Source of the DNA: an uncultured Clostridia bacterium
GTDB lineage: Bacteria; Bacillota; Clostridia; Christensenellales; UBA1242
Assembly (NCBI GenBank): GCA_944332185.1
Contig: CALVJJ010000005.1
Span: 438 to 64,437 of the forward strand
Reading direction: 5' to 3'
DNA length: 64,000 bases
Of the stretch, positions 38,166-47,661 are shown one piece after another. The position numbers and the translations under genes were made by a program. The notes under the pieces are model-generated. The model worked only from the letters and a program-made list of their open reading frames with translations. It did not search any database and was not told the DNA's origin. The first letter of the stretch is position 1. Each line of letters starts with the position of its first letter.

Positions 38166-39308
38166 ATGATTTATTTAGATAATTCTAGCAGTACATTTCA
38201 AAAACCTTTTTGCGTCAAGCATAGCATCAAAAAAACACTTAACAAATATGCTGCCAATCCTGGCAGAAGTGGGCATAAGTTAAGTCTATTAGCAGGCGAA
38301 AAAGTGTTAGAAGCAAGAATGACTTTAGCCAATCATTTTGGATTAAAAGATTTTACCAATGTCATCTTTACTGCAAGTTGTACCGAAGCATTGAATTTGG
38401 CGCTACAAGGTTCAGTCCAACCTCATGGACATATTATTGCTACTATTTATGAACATAATAGTGTGCTACGAACACTGGAATATTTGAAAAAGACTTATCA
38501 CATCACCTATACCCTCGTCACACCCAATGCCAATGGCATCATTACTCCAGATCGTATCTTGTCAGCAAAACAACCCAATACTTACCTAGTTGTTGTCAAT
38601 CATACGAGCAACGTAACTGGACACACACAACCTATCCATGAAATTGGTGCAGTTTGTCATGAACACAACTTATTATTTTTAGTAGATACAGCACAAAGTG
38701 GTGGTCATGAAAGACTAAACATGGAAAAAGACCATATTAGTATGCTGGCAGTTGCTGGACATAAAGGATTCCATAGCATACAATGCGGTGCACTGCTTAT
38801 TCAAGATTGCAAAATCAAACCATTAAAATATGGTGGAACTGGTACCAACAGTATCTCCCTTACCCAACCAACTGATTATCCTGAAGGTTTAGAAAGTGGG
38901 ACAGATAGTATTGTCAATATTATAGCCCTTGCTACCGGGGTGAAATTTGTAGAAAGAAAATGGAATGATATTCATCAAAAAATAACAAACTTGACACAAT
39001 ATACCCTTACCCACCTATCAAAAATTCCTAATTGTATTGTATATTCCACCAATGCCAATAGTGGTGTAATAAGCTTTTGTATCAAGGGATATACCAGCAC
39101 AGAAATTGCAAGTTATCTCAATCAAAAACATATAGCTGTTCGATCAGGTCTACATTGTGCTCCTAAAATACATGAATATTTGGGAACAACAAAAAATGGA
39201 TTAGTACGTGTCAGTCTATCTTATTTTACGCACAAAACTGATCTAATGTATTTGATTCATTGTCTAAAAACTTTATCTAAAAAAACCCTCTTATTTCAAA
39301 AAAATTAG
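38166..39308 (+). CDS. Cysteine desulfurase family, class-V aminotransferase
   Basis: 380 aa from the ATG at 38166, with AAGGAG 5 nt upstream. It contains IYLDNSSST and HTSNVTG, the PLP-lysine region AVAGHKGF, and the C-terminal VRSGLHCAP. Confidence 0.8.
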   Translation: MIYLDNSSSTFQKPFCVKHSIKKTLNKYAANPGRSGHKLSLLAGEKVLEARMTLANHFGLKDFTNVIFTASCTEALNLALQGSVQPHGHIIATIYEHNSVLRTLEYLKKTYHITYTLVTPNANGIITPDRILSAKQPNTYLVVVNHTSNVTGHTQPIHEIGAVCHEHNLLFLVDTAQSGGHERLNMEKDHISMLAVAGHKGFHSIQCGALLIQDCKIKPLKYGGTGTNSISLTQPTDYPEGLESGTDSIVNIIALATGVKFVERKWNDIHQKITNLTQYTLTHLSKIPNCIVYSTNANSGVISFCIKGYTSTEIASYLNQKHIAVRSGLHCAPKIHEYLGTTKNGLVRVSLSYFTHKTDLMYLIHCLKTLSKKTLLFQKN

Positions 39309-39362
39309 CATTGACAGTACACCCTTTGTGTGTTATACTATGAATAACTTAGAGGTGGGATT

Positions 39363-39986
39363 ATGAAATTTGTTGCAAAATTAAATGATAAAAATACGGT
39401 AGAAGCATTTGGCTTAGAATATGGTAATAATTTAAGAAAATTGACCATGGACAATTCCAGTTATCTTGTCTTCTTTAATGATGATCGTGACTGTATTGGA
39501 ATTCTTCCAATTCCAACCAATGAAGAAAAGAAACAATTACTTCATTCTTTACAACAACAAGCAGTAGATATTGTAAAAACTAAAGATGTGAATAAAATCA
39601 TGCAAATCTATCTTTCATACTTACAAGATTATTCTTTATATATTGCAGGAGATAAAAAATTACCTCCTATTGATAACAAATATAAAGAATATATGAAAAC
39701 TGTCCTAAACGAATACTATGGGAATATTGATAGAATTCATAAATATCTAGTATCTTTTCAACAAAAACCAAATATGCAAGATGCTAATTATGTCACTCGT
39801 AGTTTTAAAGAATTTTTCTATAACGATCATACCAATAAAACACTAGATATATCCCAATTATCACAATTTATTATGGGTACGAGAAAATACGAAGACTTAA
39901 GAAAACAATTTGAAACTTTCTATAAAGGTCAATTATTAAAAACCAATGCTATTAGTAAAGAAGAAGATAAATCTAATTCTTTATAA
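39363..39986 (+). CDS. Hypothetical protein (207 aa)
   Basis: GAGGTGG precedes the ATG and a terminator follows. No family was recognised. Confidence 0.55.
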   Translation: MKFVAKLNDKNTVEAFGLEYGNNLRKLTMDNSSYLVFFNDDRDCIGILPIPTNEEKKQLLHSLQQQAVDIVKTKDVNKIMQIYLSYLQDYSLYIAGDKKLPPIDNKYKEYMKTVLNEYYGNIDRIHKYLVSFQQKPNMQDANYVTRSFKEFFYNDHTNKTLDISQLSQFIMGTRKYEDLRKQFETFYKGQLLKTNAISKEEDKSNSL

Positions 39987-40006
39987 AACTTTAAGACAAT
40001 AAAAAT

Positions 40007-40035
40007 AAAAAGAGTGGAAAACACTCTTTTTTTTA
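40007..40035 (+). terminator. Rho-independent terminator
   Basis: Stem AGAGTG (40011-40016) pairs with CACTCT (40022-40027), followed by a T8 run. Confidence 0.6.
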
Positions 40036-40052
40036 TTTTTACCTTGATTTTT

Positions 40053-40080
40053 TGCTAAAAAAAAGAGCAAATGCTCTCTT
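40053..40080 (-). terminator. Putative terminator downstream of tRNA-Leu(CAA)
   Basis: A short GAGC/GCTC-centred hairpin is followed by a T8 run on the minus strand. The stem is weak. Confidence 0.35.
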
Positions 40081-40082
40081 TT

Positions 40083-40169
40083 TGGTGCCGATGGCCGGAG
40101 TCGAACCGGCACGAGGTCGCCCTCGCTGGATTTTGAGTCCAGTGCGTCTGCCAATTTCACCACATCGGC
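40083..40169 (-). tRNA. tRNA-Leu (anticodon CAA)
   Basis: The reverse complement reads GCCGATGTGGTGAAATTGGCAGACGCACTGGACTCAAAATCCAGCGAGGGCGACCTCGTGCCGGTTCGACTCCGGCCATCGGCACCA. Acceptor stem is GCCGATG/CATCGGC. Anticodon stem is CTGGA/TCCAG with loop CTCAAAA. It has a long variable arm, a T arm GCCGG-TTCGACT-CCGGC and an encoded CCA. Confidence 0.9.
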
Positions 40170-40220
40170 ATATATGCATATAAATCATAACATAATTTTG
40201 GTTTATATGCAACTATATTT

Positions 40221-41738
40221 TTATAAAATTTCTAAAGATTTTTGGAAGGCTTTTTTAAAATCACCAGCAAACAATTTTGCATACTTTAATTCCAAACTAA
40301 TATCTTCTTCATTCTCTGTAATAGTTTTGATAATAACGCTATCCCCTAGCACATCACATGTAATATCTTTGATATAGCCAAAGGCTGTTACATCTAATGC
40401 CATAGCTATTTTTAAGATCACAGCCAATTTTTTGACAGCCAATAGATCTTCTTCTGTGACAAGATCTTTATATTTTAACCATTCAGCCATATTAAAATTG
40501 TCTGGTTCTACCATCATAGCCGTAAAAGCAGCAAGAATTAACTCTGTATGTGTCAATCCATAAATATCACTACCTAAAATCACATGGAAGGAATTACGTG
40601 CTATATCTAAAGAATTCATTCTTCTACCAGAATTGTATAGATAACTAGCAGTACGCAATACTCTCACATACGTTCTTGGTAGCTTATGTAATACTTTAAG
40701 TTGTTTAAAAATAATCATGCTGAGATTGTATACTTGTTCGGTATTATTTGGTTGTATATTGTAATAATCACTAAGAACTTGCAAACTATATCCCAAATTA
40801 TCTGTCATAGGTTTTTCTAATGTAATTGGTAGTGCATAATTAAGAACATATCCATCAATTACACCAAATTTACTAATAGAAAAGTTGTCTTTATTGCATA
40901 GACTCATAATAGCTCTAGCTATACAAGCCCCAGAATACAAAATGGAGGTATTTTCTAGACTTACACCTTTTACTTTTGATGTTGTGCTAAACCCAACTGC
41001 AGAAAGTGCTTGATATACTTTTTCAAGGTCTTGTTTTGACATTTCATAATTGTGTTCCACTTCTAATGGGTACTTTTTCGCTTTTCTGCTCACTACACCC
41101 AAATCTCTAGAGGTTTGTCCAGCACATACTACATCGAATTCATCTTCTAAAGAACCAAGGAATGTCTTTTCTCCTAGTTTTTCTGTGATCAATTTTTGTA
41201 TATGTTCAGCCACAAGGTTTTGATCAGTCAAATGGTCAAATTGATCTAATATATTCCTACTTCCGTATGGCAAACAAATGGTATCTAAAATATTTCTACG
41301 GTTGTAATAGACAATTTCAGTAGAAGTTGTACCAATGTTGATAATGACTCCTTTTGGTCTATTGAAAGTATTGATGACTGCAGTATAAACATAACTTGCT
41401 TTTTCTTCGCTAGTCAAAACTTTAAATTCAAAACCAGTCTTTGAAAAAATTTCGTTCAAAAAGCCATTACTATTCTTAGCAAATCTTACGAATTCATCAG
41501 CAATAGCTACCACTTCTGTAATATTTTGGCTATCAATAATTTTCTTAAAATGCATCAAGATATCCACGACTTCCTTTACAATCAAAGGTTTGATAATCTC
41601 TTCTTTAGGAATTCCTTGATACACATCAATTGGCATGTGAAGTTGATTATATGGTACATAACTTTTGTTCTTGACCATATCTGCTAAATATAATTCTATA
41701 CAATTTGTACGCAGTACAATGAGAGCAATTTTTTCCAA
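40221..41738 (-). CDS. Ppx/GppA-family phosphatase (exopolyphosphatase / pppGpp phosphohydrolase-like)
   Basis: 505 aa. It has an ASKHA-type N-terminal half (…GVIINIGTTSTEIVYY…) and a helical HD-like C-terminal half. Confidence 0.7.
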   Translation of the reverse strand: MEKIALIVLRTNCIELYLADMVKNKSYVPYNQLHMPIDVYQGIPKEEIIKPLIVKEVVDILMHFKKIIDSQNITEVVAIADEFVRFAKNSNGFLNEIFSKTGFEFKVLTSEEKASYVYTAVINTFNRPKGVIINIGTTSTEIVYYNRRNILDTICLPYGSRNILDQFDHLTDQNLVAEHIQKLITEKLGEKTFLGSLEDEFDVVCAGQTSRDLGVVSRKAKKYPLEVEHNYEMSKQDLEKVYQALSAVGFSTTSKVKGVSLENTSILYSGACIARAIMSLCNKDNFSISKFGVIDGYVLNYALPITLEKPMTDNLGYSLQVLSDYYNIQPNNTEQVYNLSMIIFKQLKVLHKLPRTYVRVLRTASYLYNSGRRMNSLDIARNSFHVILGSDIYGLTHTELILAAFTAMMVEPDNFNMAEWLKYKDLVTEEDLLAVKKLAVILKIAMALDVTAFGYIKDITCDVLGDSVIIKTITENEEDISLELKYAKLFAGDFKKAFQKSLEIL

Positions 41739-41814
41739 TGTAATCTCCTTTCGTGTTTATTAAAAAGTATAGCACAAAAAAAACCATTTGTACATACTAA
41801 AACTAAAATTTTTC

Positions 41815-41982
41815 TTAATAATTGATTTCTATTGCATTCATTGGACAAATACTTTCACAAGTTCCACATTTTATGCATTTTTTTGGATCAATGACAGCTT
41901 TTCCGTTTTCCAAACGGATTGCCCCTACTGGACAATTACGCACACAAGATCCACAACCAATACAAGCATCTTGTTTAACCAT
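41815..41982 (-). CDS. 2x[4Fe-4S] ferredoxin
   Basis: 55 aa from MVKQD (ATG 41980-41982, GGAG 7 nt upstream). It has two CxxCxxCxxxCP motifs, [12 protein letters not shown] and [12 protein letters not shown]. Confidence 0.85.
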   Translation of the reverse strand: MVKQDACIGCGSCVRNCPVGAIRLENGKAVIDPKKCIKCGTCESICPMNAIEINY

Positions 41983-42228
41983 AAATGTACTCCTTTTTTT
42001 AGATACCGTCACATTGGTATCCATGGTATTATAACAAAATAAAAGGAAATTGTACACTAAAATAGCATCAATTTCCCCTAAAACTTCTAAAATCGCGTAT
42101 CTTTAATTTTATTTATCAATTAAAATTCATCTTCATAATTTTTACTTTCTGTATTTGCCTAAACCTCTACTATGCAATTCCATATTTTATCCTATATTTT
42201 CACTATTTTTACTACTTGCATAGTATCG

Positions 42229-42672
42229 TTATTTTTTTGTCAAATCATGATGAGTACCGATTACAATATGATAAGATTGTAATTGTATTTTTTCTTTTTT
42301 TTGCTTGTATTTTTGATATACCATCGTGCTGATTTGAAAGACACCAATGAGTAGTAAAAATACACCAAATAAGACTCGCAAAATATGATTATTTAGTTTC
42401 GTTGCAAGTAAAGAACCAATGACACTAAAGACCACCCCACTTAAAACAACAGCTAGTCCTTTTTTAAAATCTACAAGCTTGTTTTTGATATGAATCAGTA
42501 AAGAAACAAACGCCGTAGGTAAAAAAGCAAACAAATTGATACCCTGTGCTATTTGTTGTTGTGTTCCAAAAAAGATAGTCAAAACAGGAATTAGTACTGT
42601 TCCTCCTCCCATTCCCATACCAGCCACAACCCCACTACTAATGCTGGCAATCAAAACCCAAATATATTTCAT
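42229..42672 (-). CDS. Half-size TSUP (TauE/SafE) family membrane transporter subunit, downstream half
   Basis: 147 aa with about 4 TM helices. The glycine-rich first helix is GVVAGMGMGGGTVLIPVL. It has its own GAGGGG Shine-Dalgarno sequence and ATG, 29 nt after the stop of the preceding half-size gene. Confidence 0.7.
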   Translation of the reverse strand: MKYIWVLIASISSGVVAGMGMGGGTVLIPVLTIFFGTQQQIAQGINLFAFLPTAFVSLLIHIKNKLVDFKKGLAVVLSGVVFSVIGSLLATKLNNHILRVLFGVFLLLIGVFQISTMVYQKYKQKKEKIQLQSYHIVIGTHHDLTKK

Positions 42673-42701
42673 ATACCCCTCTACTAAACTTCACTTTTTT
42701 G

Positions 42702-43103
42702 CTACATGACCAAACGTATTCCTCCTGCAATAATGACCAAAGCAAATACAAACTGCAAAATGGTATTGTTGATTTTCTTTAAACAGATGGCTCCCAGAAC
42801 TCCTCCTGCTACAAACCCTGCTGTAATCACCCACATATTCGTATCAAATGTCACAAATCCTTTTACGTAATAAATAATAAAACTGGCTAGACAAAGTGGT
42901 AGCATGACAAAAATAGTAGTTGCATGCGCTTTTTTATCTGGCAATTTGGAAAGCCATGCGAGTGCTGGCACACACAGCATACCACCTCCACCTCCCCAAA
43001 ACCCATTGACGAATCCAATCAATGCACCAAGAATGACAGCAAACCAATGGCTACTATACCATGTTTTTTTCTCTTTTTGTTTTGTGTTTTCCAATGTTAT
43101 CAT
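42702..43103 (-). CDS. Half-size TSUP (TauE/SafE) family membrane transporter subunit, upstream half
   Basis: 133 aa with about 4 TM helices. The motif is GFVNGFWGGGGGMLCVPAL. Confidence 0.7.
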   Translation of the reverse strand: MITLENTKQKEKKTWYSSHWFAVILGALIGFVNGFWGGGGGMLCVPALAWLSKLPDKKAHATTIFVMLPLCLASFIIYYVKGFVTFDTNMWVITAGFVAGGVLGAICLKKINNTILQFVFALVIIAGGIRLVM

Positions 43104-43394
43104 ACCTCAATAGTTGCCATTTTAAAAAAATGTATACTTCTTTTATTTTGTTGTATACTAAACAAAATACCATTATTTACCAATTTGCAATGAAGTAGAG
43201 GAATCAATATGTATCAAGAAAAAACGTGAAACTACTGTGTTTTGTTTGCCAAATCTATGAAAATACTATATAATTATTTTGTTATGATATGTAAAAGAAA
43301 TTTGTTTGATCATTATGATATTTTGATACCCATATATCTGCTATCATGATCCAATCAAATAAAGAACAATGAATAAAAAGAAAAGGTGGCATTT

Positions 43395-46300
43395 ATGATA
43401 AAATACGCAAAACTAAAACAACTTAACAAAACTCTTGTTAGCACAAGTCTAGCAACCGGTCTTTTTGCCAGCGCATTTGTTGGATATTCTTATCTTCCAA
43501 GGTTTCAAACAGAAATACACGCTGATTCTTATCTTTGGGAAGATGTATCAAGTGAGATGTGCTCCAACTACAATTTTGCAAGCTCTGGAGTAGATGATGT
43601 ATGGAGTCCAAGTAATTTTACAGCCATTGATCCCAATAATATTGGCAATAATACTGACCTACTCATTGCCGGTGTCATTGACTGTACAGCCAATGATATA
43701 GAAGACTATCAAAAAACCTATGGTCTTAGCGAACAAGAAATTTTGAACACGAATTTGGGAACAAGCACAACAGATTCTGGTATCTCTCATCACCTTATGA
43801 TCAATGGTATGAACAATAATACCAAATATGGTTACAAAACAGCAGATTTTACATTGGAAGCCAATTCCTATTATGAAATCTCCGTCTATGCAAAAGTGAC
43901 CAGTGACAATGGTGGTTTTGGTACCATTGTTCTTGATGGACTTTCTAATGAGAATCAATCTAGCTCCATACGTATTACCAATACCAGTTGGGATACGTAT
44001 ACCTTCTTTGTTGCTACTGGTGCCAACAAAACAGAAACTGTCAATCTACAACTATGGTTAGGTAGCGAAACAGAAACAAGTACTGATGCGATTTTCTACA
44101 ACAAAATCAATATGAAAAGATATAGTCAAAGTGCATTTGAAAACAATCCTAACAAAGACACCTCTAATAAAACTTTGTATATTGATCTTGAACAATATGA
44201 AGAAGTAGCATTATTTGATAATCAAGACTTTTCCAAAGATCTTTCTATTGGTTGGAATCCAATTTTGACAGATACCACCTCTTCAGCTAATACCATCTGT
44301 CAAGTCTATGAAGTCAAAAACGATTACGATAAGACTTTGGAACAATTAGGGATTGAAAAACCTTTTACCATTAACAATAATGATCAAAATACCACTGCCC
44401 TATTGATGTACAATGCAGAAAGTACAACACAAGGTATTGAAAGCGATGATTTTTATGTAGAAAGAGATAAAGTATATCGTCTTAGTGTGTGGGCAAAATC
44501 AAATTGTGGTACCGAACAAGGAGCAACGATCAATATCGTGGAACAAAATGCTACAGAAGGAGAACCATTAGTTGTATCTCAAACTGTTGCTACTTCTGTT
44601 ACAACGAATGATTCTTTTAGTGATTGGACACAATACAATTTTTATATCAAAGGCAATCCATATCACAATTCTGTTTTAAAAATTCAATTATTACTAGGCA
44701 CAAGCGAAACTCCAACAAATGGATATGTTTGGTTTGATGAAATTACCATGCAACAAGTCACCTATACCGAATATAATGCTCCATTAGGGACATACCAAAC
44801 CGTAAACCTAGATAAAAATGCCACAGACACGATCCTTAACGGAAACTTCTCTTCTGTCAATAATGATACCACGAGTAATGTTGGTCCATTAGATCCTGCT
44901 AATTGGACATTGTCTACAGTAGATACTGATTTTGATTTAGAAGATTCCATGAGTGGTGTAATTGCTACAAGATCAGATTTGTTCTTATCTACTGTCACCA
45001 ACCTTTCCACAAAACCAGGATTCACCACGATCAACAACCCGGGGCTTACCCCTACTGATAGTGTATCTACCATCAATACAACAAAGAATAAAGTCTTAAT
45101 GATTGGAAATGGTTCCAACAAAATGACACAAACTTATACCAGTGATGAATTTACTTTGGAGTCTGGAAAATTCTATCGTATGAGTTTTCTTGTGCAGACA
45201 CAAGGTGTCATCAACGGAGAAGATAGTGGCGTCACCTTAAAAGTAAAATCTGGAGAAAAGACAATTTATCAATATAGTGGTATTGCTAGTGAAAGCACTT
45301 GGGATAGTTATGCTCTATACCTATCTACACAAGGAGAATCTGCAACATATACCATTGAACTTACCTTAGAGAATACGACTGGATATGCTTTCTTCGATAA
45401 TGTCTATTTGAATACTTTTGATGATAGTACAAAACTTGATCTTGACTATGACAACAACGATACCTACTTACACAAATACAAAGTAGACCAAACAAAAAAT
45501 ACCTTCGACAACTATGTCCAAAATGATACTATATCTGATGGATATTATGATCCATTCGATTGGACACTTAAAGTAGAAGAAGATCCTGAAGAAGCAACTA
45601 TACAAGCAGGAGTCACCAAGAAAAATGATGAAAATGTATTAGCCATCGAAGCCAATCGTGATGTCTATGCCACATACACGTATGACAATGCATATTCTTT
45701 TTCTTCTGGTTCTTTCTACAAATTATCTATTACATTGCGTACAGAAGGATTGGGTCAATTAGAAGGCCTAACAGAATATGATGAAGATCACAATGCCTAT
45801 CCTTATGGCATCTATGTGACCTTAAGTGATATTGGTACATTTGAAGCGATCAATACACAAAACGAAATTGGCAACGGATACAAAACATATACATTCTATG
45901 TTGCTACAAAAGATACAACAAGTTCTACCTTAAGCATTGCAATGGGTAGTGAACATGCCCTAACCTACGGGAATGTGTATGTCCAATCTATTGAATTAGA
46001 AACTATCGCTGATCAAGATACCTTTGAAAGTGAAACAAACAATCTAGACTCCAATTATAATATTGTAGTTAATACTGCTGAAGCCAAAGATGACACAGAA
46101 GATACTACTGATACAACGAATACTGGCAATAATGATATGCGTCTAGATCTTGTGATCCCATCAGTCCTTCTTGCCCTAGCAGTGTTAATTGCCCTGATCG
46201 GTACACTTCTTAGAAGAATGAAGTTGCATAGAAAACCAAAAGTACAGACAACGTATGACAGAAGAAAAACGATTGAATTGCAAATGAATAAGCAAGAACG

Positions 46301-47018
46301 TATCAACTTAAGAAAAACTATTATTGAAGATCTCAATACCGAACTTTTATCTATTGATCAAGAAATTGAACAATTAAAGAAAGAATTTGATCTTCTTACT
46401 AACCAATCACGAGAAGAACATACTCGTTTGATCGAATCCTTTAGAGTAGAAAAAGAAAGTCTACAAGAACAACATCAAGATCTTGTCAAAGAGTATAAAG
46501 AAAAATTAAAATCTTTAGATAATGAAGAAGATAGAGCAAAAGCAGAAAAACAATTTGCAAAATATGTACGCAAATTGCAAGATCGTGAAGAAATCTTAAG
46601 TAAAAAGATGGAAATCAAAGATGAAAAGACTGCTTTGTTAACACAAAAACGTGATGCACAACTTAAAAAACATTTAGAAAGAAAATTGCTTATTGAACAA
46701 GAAATCCAACAAGTAGAATTAGAAATCGAAGCCATTGCTCGTGAAGAAGAAGAGATGTGGAGTGAATATCGTAAAGCAAAAGAACAAGAAAAACAAGAAA
46801 AATTGCTTTATGTTGCAGAAAAACGTAAATACAAACAACGTAAAAAATTAGAACGTCAAAAAGCAAAAAACACTCTACTAACCAATAAAGAAGACACAAC
46901 TGACACGCAATCAACTACGACTGCAGATCATGAAAAAGAAGATAATGATCAACCAGTTGAAAAAAAGACTAAAACACAAAGCAAAGGAAAAGATGATTCT
47001 TCTACAACAAAAAAATAA
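43395..47018 (+). CDS. Very large type-I membrane protein: signal peptide, four jelly-roll/CBM-like repeats, one TM, K/E-rich cytoplasmic coiled coil of about 270 aa
   Basis: 1207 aa from the ATG at 43395, with AAAGGTGG upstream. A module recurs four times (…F.LE....Y..S...K…W..Y.F…). The TM helix VIPSVLLALAVLIALIGTLL lies at about 46150-46210. A heptad-rich tail follows. Confidence 0.75.
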   Translation: MIKYAKLKQLNKTLVSTSLATGLFASAFVGYSYLPRFQTEIHADSYLWEDVSSEMCSNYNFASSGVDDVWSPSNFTAIDPNNIGNNTDLLIAGVIDCTANDIEDYQKTYGLSEQEILNTNLGTSTTDSGISHHLMINGMNNNTKYGYKTADFTLEANSYYEISVYAKVTSDNGGFGTIVLDGLSNENQSSSIRITNTSWDTYTFFVATGANKTETVNLQLWLGSETETSTDAIFYNKINMKRYSQSAFENNPNKDTSNKTLYIDLEQYEEVALFDNQDFSKDLSIGWNPILTDTTSSANTICQVYEVKNDYDKTLEQLGIEKPFTINNNDQNTTALLMYNAESTTQGIESDDFYVERDKVYRLSVWAKSNCGTEQGATINIVEQNATEGEPLVVSQTVATSVTTNDSFSDWTQYNFYIKGNPYHNSVLKIQLLLGTSETPTNGYVWFDEITMQQVTYTEYNAPLGTYQTVNLDKNATDTILNGNFSSVNNDTTSNVGPLDPANWTLSTVDTDFDLEDSMSGVIATRSDLFLSTVTNLSTKPGFTTINNPGLTPTDSVSTINTTKNKVLMIGNGSNKMTQTYTSDEFTLESGKFYRMSFLVQTQGVINGEDSGVTLKVKSGEKTIYQYSGIASESTWDSYALYLSTQGESATYTIELTLENTTGYAFFDNVYLNTFDDSTKLDLDYDNNDTYLHKYKVDQTKNTFDNYVQNDTISDGYYDPFDWTLKVEEDPEEATIQAGVTKKNDENVLAIEANRDVYATYTYDNAYSFSSGSFYKLSITLRTEGLGQLEGLTEYDEDHNAYPYGIYVTLSDIGTFEAINTQNEIGNGYKTYTFYVATKDTTSSTLSIAMGSEHALTYGNVYVQSIELETIADQDTFESETNNLDSNYNIVVNTAEAKDDTEDTTDTTNTGNNDMRLDLVIPSVLLALAVLIALIGTLLRRMKLHRKPKVQTTYDRRKTIELQMNKQERINLRKTIIEDLNTELLSIDQEIEQLKKEFDLLTNQSREEHTRLIESFRVEKESLQEQHQDLVKEYKEKLKSLDNEEDRAKAEKQFAKYVRKLQDREEILSKKMEIKDEKTALLTQKRDAQLKKHLERKLLIEQEIQQVELEIEAIAREEEEMWSEYRKAKEQEKQEKLLYVAEKRKYKQRKKLERQKAKNTLLTNKEDTTDTQSTTTADHEKEDNDQPVEKKTKTQSKGKDDSSTTKK

Positions 47019-47024
47019 AATAAG

Positions 47025-47055
47025 AAAAAAGCACTATGATTTGTAGTGCTTTTTT
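47025..47055 (+). terminator. Rho-independent terminator
   Basis: Stem GCACTA (47031-47036) pairs with TAGTGC (47044-47049). An A-run precedes it and a T6 run follows. Confidence 0.6.
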
Positions 47056-47190
47056 GTTTGTCTTTCCCCTATTTTTTTAGTTTTATTCCCCAATTTATTT
47101 TAAGTATATTTTCAAAATATGTTTTACTATGTAGCATATTTTTTATATTCGTTTTTTAACAAAACAACATTCAAAAATAAAGATAACATT

Positions 47191-47535
47191 TTACGGCAAC
47201 AATAATTTTTGTCCCACAAAAAGTTTTGTGGTTTTGAGATGATTCAGCGTTACGATTTCTTGCATACTGATTTGATATTTTTGACATATTTTTGTTAGTG
47301 TATCTAAAGGCCTTACAACATAATAGGTAGCAAGAGTTTCTGGTATATATACCGATTTTCCTTCATAAACATACCCAAAGTTTCTGTCTCCAAATTGTTT
47401 TTTCAAACTTTCTATGCTATCTCCATTTTGTATGTGATATAAAAAATCTTTTTTATGATTTTCTATTAAAAATATCTTATGGTTATTTTCTTTTTTTGTC
47501 ATTGTCCCATTTTTTTGTATTGATACTATTTCCAT
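47191..47535 (-). CDS. LysM-domain protein
   Basis: 114 aa. The C-terminal YYVVRPLDTLTKICQKYQISMQEIVTLNHLKTTKLFVGQKLLLP is a canonical LysM. A degenerate LysM-like segment lies upstream (YHIQNGDSIESLKKQFG). Confidence 0.7.
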   Translation of the reverse strand: MEIVSIQKNGTMTKKENNHKIFLIENHKKDFLYHIQNGDSIESLKKQFGDRNFGYVYEGKSVYIPETLATYYVVRPLDTLTKICQKYQISMQEIVTLNHLKTTKLFVGQKLLLP

Positions 47536-47661
47536 ATTCCTGACTCCCCTATGTTATTCTTTATATATGTCTTTACGTTCCAAATTGTGCTATGTTGCTT
47601 GAAATTCTGTTCTAAAAAATTTCTTCTATAGAGTATATATAAATAATAGGAGGATTTTTCC

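Noticed and set aside
39981-40163. 60-aa minus-strand ORF (MVKLADALDSKSSEGDLVPVRLRPSAPK…).
   Set aside because: It is the translation of the tRNA-Leu(CAA) gene and its terminator region. The tRNA cloverleaf explains the sequence completely.
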